The notes under the pieces are model-generated. The model was not told the DNA's origin. It saw only the letters and a program-made list of their open reading frames with translations, and ran no database searches. A stretch of 64,000 bases of DNA from Nitrospirales bacterium (GTDB lineage: Bacteria; Nitrospirota; Nitrospiria; Nitrospirales; UBA8639), in the NCBI GenBank assembly GCA_965223295.1, contig CBDCWC010000002.1:288001-352000 (forward strand), given 5' to 3'. Below are positions 58,395-64,000 of this stretch, one piece after another (position 1 is the stretch's first letter; the number at the start of each line of letters is the position of its first letter). Both the position numbers and the translations under genes were made by a program.

Positions 58395-59195
58395 ATGGTT
58401 GGACTTCCGGCATGGTTCTGCAAACCGTTCCTTCGGGCTTCAGTTCGTTCAACAGCGTCTTCCCCATCTAGCTGGATCGTCCCTGTTCATTTTTTCGTGC
58501 TGTCTTTTGTCTTTTCGGGCTTCTTCGGCGTGGTTTCCATCGGGATGCCCTTGAAAGTTGAGGCGGCTCCTGAAGTTTCTTCACCGTTAAAGCATGTTCG
58601 AACGGTGATTCCTATTCTCGGAACGACCATGAACGAACAAGCTGAACCAGTTGGGATTGTTGCCGAAATTGAACTAGAATTTCTTGAGCGTCGAGACCAT
58701 GACGGTTTGGATGTGCAATTTCAGACGACGCCTGGAAATTTTTCTCCTTACGCTCAACAGTCGGTCATTCAAGCGTTGCATCGGGTGGTAGAAGCGGCCG
58801 CCTTGAATCCGGATTCTTGGACCATTCGTTTCCGGTTGCCGTATCCAGGTGTGACATTATATGGTGAAAGCTTATCCGCTATGGCGGCACTGAATATTGT
58901 GGCTCTTGCCAAGAATGAGCCGGTGGACGAAGAGACTGTGTTGACAGGGACTGTGACAGCTGATGGACATGTCGGGACCGTAGGCGGAGTTCCATTGAAA
59001 ATTTTAGCTGCGCATGAACAACATTATCGCAAAGTCTTGATTCCTGAAGAACCTGATGTTGCTGATGATGATTGGGAAACCCCTTTCCTGATGGAAGTCC
59101 GGCCTGTTGGCTCCATTAGCAAAGCGTATTTGGCTTTGACCAATCGACCGCTTCGGAAATCCAAACAATCCTTGACGGCAGGGTTAACTCCTTAA
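58395..59195 (+). CDS. stand-alone Lon-C (S16) Ser-Lys protease with N-terminal hydrophobic segment
   Basis: YGESLS, TGTVTADG, VGGVPLK. Confidence 0.8.
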   Translation: MVGLPAWFCKPFLRASVRSTASSPSSWIVPVHFFVLSFVFSGFFGVVSIGMPLKVEAAPEVSSPLKHVRTVIPILGTTMNEQAEPVGIVAEIELEFLERRDHDGLDVQFQTTPGNFSPYAQQSVIQALHRVVEAAALNPDSWTIRFRLPYPGVTLYGESLSAMAALNIVALAKNEPVDEETVLTGTVTADGHVGTVGGVPLKILAAHEQHYRKVLIPEEPDVADDDWETPFLMEVRPVGSISKAYLALTNRPLRKSKQSLTAGLTP

Positions 59196-59303
59196 GACCA
59201 CCCCTTTCTTTCAAGCAACCATTTCAGACATCATTGTTTTTTTGATGAATGTTCAGAGGTCGATGGCTTGAGTTGCAGTATCGTCTCTAGGAAATAACAA
59301 TTG

Positions 59304-59942
59304 ATGAAGTCTGAACGTCGGCTCTGTTTAGCCGTTGATATTGATAATGTCCTAGCAAGAGCTGAACCGGAAGTGCAGCGTCTGTTCCAGGAATTGACCG
59401 GAACCATCTGGCCATTTGGGACGTATGGCAGCGCCGGAGGTTTGGATGCCAGTGAAATAGAGCAGACGCTTCTTGAGGAAATTTTTGACCGTTTTCATGA
59501 AACATCCATTCCTGGGTTACCGCTATTCCCAGGCGCAAGGCAGGTATTGCATGCAGTTCAGCCTGATTGTCGAATCATTATCGTCACGGCCAGGCGCCCC
59601 TATTCCCGTCCGCAAACCTTACAATGGCTGATGGACCATCATATCCCTTTCGAGGCTCTCTACCATACCGAGGAAAAAACGAAGATTCCTGAAACCATTA
59701 CTCACGCCATTGATGATCATCCGCATCATCTCGAATGCTATCAAGAGCTCGGGGCGAAGGTGTTTGTGATGGATCATCCCTGGAATCGTCACGTGACCGA
59801 TCCCCATATAGTTCGCGTGACAGGTTGGGATGCCTTCCAGCAGTGGTGGCATGTTCGGCATATAAAAAATTCCTGGCCAGATCGTGTACCAGAAGCTCCT
59901 ATGCCTCATCAATTGTGGAAACGATTGCCGGTTCCAGCCTAA
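59304..59942 (+). CDS. HAD phosphatase, 5'(3')-deoxyribonucleotidase-like
   Basis: VDIDNVL, TAR, K, IDD, PWN. Confidence 0.85.
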   Translation: MKSERRLCLAVDIDNVLARAEPEVQRLFQELTGTIWPFGTYGSAGGLDASEIEQTLLEEIFDRFHETSIPGLPLFPGARQVLHAVQPDCRIIIVTARRPYSRPQTLQWLMDHHIPFEALYHTEEKTKIPETITHAIDDHPHHLECYQELGAKVFVMDHPWNRHVTDPHIVRVTGWDAFQQWWHVRHIKNSWPDRVPEAPMPHQLWKRLPVPA

Positions 59943-60096
59943 TGGTGCTGAATTTCTAATTTTCTGTCAGAAGTATTTCCTGCCAGCCAAGCAAGATTTT
60001 TTTAATTGAGACGATAAGGATCTCAAAGTAGAGCTTCCATTCTGCGTATCATTTGAAAGAATCATAAGGAAATATCGCCATTCTGTTGAGAATGTC

Positions 60097-60582
60097 ATGG
60101 TTTACCCTCCTATTCAAACCATATTGTTAGCTGAAGATAGTCCGAATGATTGTGAGGTCATACGGGAAGCCTGGGCAGAGTCTCCGGTCGGGGATCGACT
60201 GCGGGTAGTGAATACAGGAGCAGAACTGCTGGATTATTTAGGCCGACAAGGAGCCTTTGCTTCTCCAGAAGCTTCGCCTCGTCCTAGCGTAATTTTACTG
60301 GATTTAAATATGCCTCTTATGTCAGGTGCTGAAGTCTTGAAAGAAATGAAACAAGACACAAGTCTGGCCTCCATTCCTGTTGTGGTGTTGACCACATCGA
60401 AAGCGCCACGGGACATTGTTCAAACTGCTGGGTTAGGCGTCAATGGGTATATACAGAAACCCAATACCTATGGAGGCTATTTGACAATCTTCACCAATCT
60501 TCGAAAGCACTGGGGTGAAATTCTTGATCGTCCGTTTTCCAATGGAGGGTCCGATTGGAGTGGCAATCTAGCCTGGTGCTAG
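60097..60582 (+). CDS. single-domain response regulator (Rcp1-like)
   Basis: LLAEDSPND, ILLDLNMP, LTTS, YIQKP. Confidence 0.9.
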   Translation: MVYPPIQTILLAEDSPNDCEVIREAWAESPVGDRLRVVNTGAELLDYLGRQGAFASPEASPRPSVILLDLNMPLMSGAEVLKEMKQDTSLASIPVVVLTTSKAPRDIVQTAGLGVNGYIQKPNTYGGYLTIFTNLRKHWGEILDRPFSNGGSDWSGNLAWC

Positions 60583-60880
60583 ATTTCTTGATAGCGATTT
60601 ATCACGGCTGGTCCTTTTTCTTGACCGACATAAATCAAAATTTGAGTCCCATCGAATATGTGATGATTTAAGACACAATCGATCCCCAGATCAACCGACC
60701 TCCCAGAGCGTTGGCGAGGGTTTTTACTTATTGCTTTGAAAGTAAGTATTTTCATCCCTACCTAAAGTTCTCTCACCACGAACCGACATGATTCTATATA
60801 GACTGATGGGAGGGTGAAGAATTACGCACCGTTTGTGCTCACTGGGAGTGGAAGCGGGTCACCTGAAACGATTAGAAACC

Positions 60881-61927
60881 ATGAGGAAAATGAGAATGGT
60901 TATGAAAACACATTTTTTCTTAACGAGCACGGTGGTGGTGTTGGGAGTATCATTGTTCAGTACAAGTTATGCAGCCAATACTTCCGAATATTTGCATTTG
61001 ATCCGACATCGTGATTCCAGCGGCAATTTGCTGGTGGCACCGGCTCAACACCAGGCCAAACCATCAGTCATGCAAAAAACCGTGATGCCGGCACAGCCAA
61101 AGACCTTTGAGCGACGGAGCACCGATTGGGGAATGAGTCTTCAAGAAGTAAAAGAAAATGAACCCGTGCAGCCATCATGGGAATTGATGTCACCCGTGTT
61201 GGCCAATAGTGAACAGCGTGTTGGGTATCACACCAAGATTGAAGACATTCCTGCTGCCCTGACCTACTCCTTCTATGAAAACCATCTTGGTCAAGCCAAA
61301 TATGTTTTTGAGCCCGAGCATGAGGATGCGGCTGAATTTGTTGGGGATTTTCATGCTGTGAAAGATTGGATTACTCAAAGTTATGGCTCACCGACTCACG
61401 TTGAAGAGATTTGGTTGGACGATCTCTATCAATATGATGAAAGTCTGTGGGGTCAAGCCGTGCTGCGTGGGCATTTGGTGATGGTTGCTGAGTGGGAAAA
61501 ACCAGGAACCGATATTGTGCTCGTCTTAGATGGGGGAGATGATACCGTTGGATTAGTTGCAGATTTTGCGAGCACCACCGTTGTGCGCCCTGTCGTCTAT
61601 GATACATCGAGTCAGGAAGACAATATTGATGAAGCGGTCATGATGGAAGAAGGTACGATGGAAGAAGTCGTTCCCTCAGAGCCCATGCCTAAGCCAATGG
61701 TCGAAGATGCAGCAGCAGTTCCGAACATGGCGTCGGAACATGAGTTAACCGACACTCACACCGAACCGAGCCTGGATTCTCCAGCCTATGAAGATGAAAT
61801 ACGAGAATTAGAGGAAATAGAGTCCATGCTGATGGAGACCTCAGAAGGTCCATCCGTCGAAGATTCACTGCATGACCCGGTTCCATCGGTAGACTCTGAA
61901 GAGCATTCTCAAGCGCCTGCGATGTAA
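60881..61927 (+). CDS. secreted hypothetical protein with acidic low-complexity tail
   Basis: Signal peptide (SYA-A); FERRSTDWGMS domain start; E/D/P-rich C-terminus. Start uncertain. Confidence 0.7.
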   Translation: MRKMRMVMKTHFFLTSTVVVLGVSLFSTSYAANTSEYLHLIRHRDSSGNLLVAPAQHQAKPSVMQKTVMPAQPKTFERRSTDWGMSLQEVKENEPVQPSWELMSPVLANSEQRVGYHTKIEDIPAALTYSFYENHLGQAKYVFEPEHEDAAEFVGDFHAVKDWITQSYGSPTHVEEIWLDDLYQYDESLWGQAVLRGHLVMVAEWEKPGTDIVLVLDGGDDTVGLVADFASTTVVRPVVYDTSSQEDNIDEAVMMEEGTMEEVVPSEPMPKPMVEDAAAVPNMASEHELTDTHTEPSLDSPAYEDEIRELEEIESMLMETSEGPSVEDSLHDPVPSVDSEEHSQAPAM

Positions 61928-62158
61928 AGCAGATTAAGATCCTCACTATTAGAGTTAGAGATACGGCGGCTTTTCGAAAAATTTTCAAAGATTTCTGATT
62001 GCTATCTTCTTGAAAGGGGAGAAGTGACCTTCTTCCTTCATCATGCCCTTTCGATCCTCAGCAGTCTTCTCGCTTCCAGCGAATTTCTTCTTCCAAAGTA
62101 GAGCGGGTAATCAACCAATCAGGAAACACCTGGTGTGTTTCCGGTCTGTTGCTTCTCT

Positions 62159-62773
62159 TTACCAGTACCAATAAGGATCATGCCAGTAAAAACGGCCTCG
62201 TGGACCCCAGAAAGGATAGGCATAGGGATAAGGGCCCCAATACGGGTACGGATAGCTATAGCGGGGGTAGTTTGTCGAATGATCAGGCCAAATTTTGAGT
62301 TCTTGGATGATCAGGGTTGGGTAGGTGTAGTCTGTTTCATCAAGATCTTGCGTGACAGATCCTGACAACTCTCCAACGAGAGTGACGCGGGTGCCGGCAG
62401 GAACCGTAGCAGGATCCAAAAATTTCTTTTGATAGGCAATATACCGGCCTTGAGAATGGGTCAGATCGGTGGAGGGTTCGCGTTCTTGGACGAGAGGGAG
62501 TTGCAGGATGATCAACTCGGTAGAGTCCTGGAGTCGTTTTGCCGAAAGGATTTGGCCTCCCAAAATCACCATTTTTCCTTTATGGTCATCTGGAAAATTC
62601 TTAATTTCAGCAAAAGACAAGGAGTCATTGAGCTGATTGGCCAAATCGGGAGAAAGCGTGGCCTTGTAAGGCTTTACACACCCTGCTAAAAGGGCTAGAG
62701 CACTGAGTCCTACCACGAATCCAAAGAGGGAGGACAATACTGGGCGCCATCGGCTTGTGGTTGAATAGTTCAT
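62159..62773 (-). CDS. Slp-family outer membrane lipoprotein
   Basis: LAGC lipobox; GGQI, SQGRYIA, FLDP, YTYP; Y/P/W-rich tail. Confidence 0.9.
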   Translation of the reverse strand: MNYSTTSRWRPVLSSLFGFVVGLSALALLAGCVKPYKATLSPDLANQLNDSLSFAEIKNFPDDHKGKMVILGGQILSAKRLQDSTELIILQLPLVQEREPSTDLTHSQGRYIAYQKKFLDPATVPAGTRVTLVGELSGSVTQDLDETDYTYPTLIIQELKIWPDHSTNYPRYSYPYPYWGPYPYAYPFWGPRGRFYWHDPYWYW

Positions 62774-62807
62774 CTGTCAGGCCTCAAGGAGGGTAGAATG
62801 ATCATGG

Positions 62808-63134
62808 TTAGGGCTTTTTCTTGGGAGTCGCAAAGTTGATTTCAGTGGCGACCCAATCTCGATCTTGAGGAAGCCCATTCTTTGTGACTTCCGCAACAAG
62901 GCGATCCCCAATTTTCGGACGAGCATCCTTGCTGTGAATGCCGTTGTGTTGAAACACCGTTTCGGGTCGAAACGCCAGAGAAACTTTTTGGCCCTTCGTG
63001 GTTGTCACGACCACATGATCTGTTTCCATGGAGATCACGGTTCCCATGACATGCGCAGCATCTCCGTGCCCCCAGGCAAAAGCGGGAAGTATGAGGATTG
63101 AAGCAAGAATCAACAGGCGAAAAGGCAACTTCAT
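62808..63134 (-). CDS. small periplasmic OB-fold-like protein, possibly metal-binding
   Basis: AGGAG RBS; signal peptide followed by HGDAAHVMG. Confidence 0.7.
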   Translation of the reverse strand: MKLPFRLLILASILILPAFAWGHGDAAHVMGTVISMETDHVVVTTTKGQKVSLAFRPETVFQHNGIHSKDARPKIGDRLVAEVTKNGLPQDRDWVATEINFATPKKKP

Positions 63135-63159
63135 TGAAATACTCCTTTTTGTAATCACA

Positions 63160-63768
63160 TTAATGATGATGGGGAGCGGCAGGTTCGACGTCTTCCCCAG
63201 ATAAAAATTTATCGAGCATATCTTGTTGTTCATATTCGGCACGAGTCATCGGATTGTCTCGTTTCATTTCAGCGATCTCTTCCGGGGTAATATCTGGAAG
63301 ATGCCGAATAAACCACACCAGTTTCCAGCTTTCTTGATCGTCTTCAGGTGGTCCTTTGCCCCAGGCAGGCATCCCGGTAAAGCGGACGCCGTAATGTATC
63401 ACGTAGAAAATTTCTCCATCGGCCATTGATTGAATGACGGGATCCCGGAGATCTGGAACTGGAGGGTAAAAGTTTGGTCCCATTGATGTTTTTCCGCTTC
63501 CATCATTTGCGTGGCAGGTTGCACAATGATCAGCAAAATGATGTCGAGCGTCCGCAAGAACTTCTGGAGTAGGAATGACAGGGTTTGACATCTTGAGAAA
63601 GCGACTGGGAGTTGCCAGGTGACGGACAAATCTTGCCATTTTGACTTCCCATTCGGGAGGAGTTCCTTTTGCGGAAAATGTGCCAGGCAGGAACCACAAG
63701 GCAGCTAAGATTCCTGCAATAAGGAAAACCAAACCAATGAAAAATAGCCGTTTAATTCGTCTTAACAT
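63160..63768 (-). CDS. membrane-anchored monoheme cytochrome c
   Basis: TM; CATCH; GVRFTGMPAW; TTG start with AGGAG RBS. Confidence 0.9.
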   Translation of the reverse strand: MLRRIKRLFFIGLVFLIAGILAALWFLPGTFSAKGTPPEWEVKMARFVRHLATPSRFLKMSNPVIPTPEVLADARHHFADHCATCHANDGSGKTSMGPNFYPPVPDLRDPVIQSMADGEIFYVIHYGVRFTGMPAWGKGPPEDDQESWKLVWFIRHLPDITPEEIAEMKRDNPMTRAEYEQQDMLDKFLSGEDVEPAAPHHH

Positions 63769-64000
63769 TACACTCCTGTATGCTTTAGTGTACCTGGTCC
63801 GAGAATTTCGTTACAAGCAGCCATGAGTACGAGACAATACATGGGTACAAACCAGATGGAATAGCTCGGCTATTGTACCATAGCGAGATGGCTGATCTTG
63901 GGAAGTCTTGATATCCCTTTCCTCTCATATATGGCGCATACATCGTGAATGAAATTTCGACAACATGGGTACAAGGGCTGAAAAACCCGAAATGTTACTC

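Noticed and set aside
63769-64000. Possible gene end at the right edge
   Set aside because: Short open minus-strand frames have no recognisable similarity; cannot be called.
1-64000. CRISPR array, tRNA, rRNA, prophage or transposase
   Set aside because: No repeat-spacer array, cloverleaf, rRNA signature or matching protein motif seen by eye.

Overview
Bacterial chromosomal window. The gene content suggests Nitrospirota/Nitrospirales, but this is an inference, not a database result. From left to right: (1) a partial DUF2238 membrane-protein gene, CBS proteins, a cytochrome c, ackA-xfp and pcm. (2) A response regulator and a sigma54 activator, then two tandem ~1630-aa MnxG-type multicopper oxidase paralogs, followed by a Sel1 lipoprotein, a cupredoxin-motif protein and a DUF3365 heme protein. 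(3) A lexA-imuA-imuB-dnaE2 mutagenesis cassette. (4) A cluster of uncharacterised secreted proteins, including a HEXXH peptidase. (5) A dpp-like ABC transporter, an AAA+ ATPase and phoBR-pstSCAB-phoU with Pho boxes. (6) ppnN, an ABC-class ATPase, HD-GYP, a Lon-C protease, a HAD phosphatase, a response regulator, an Slp lipoprotein and a cytochrome c. No rRNA, tRNA, CRISPR array or transposase was seen. The most notable signals are: two MITE families with target-site duplications (TSDs), two of which sit exactly on the start codons of imuA and imuB (one breaks an ancestral ATGA overlap); a candidate new direct-repeat LexA operator in an apparently leaderless lexA promoter; and a duplicated multicopper oxidase with candidate sigma54 promoters, structured leaders and a putative periplasmic electron-transfer module.
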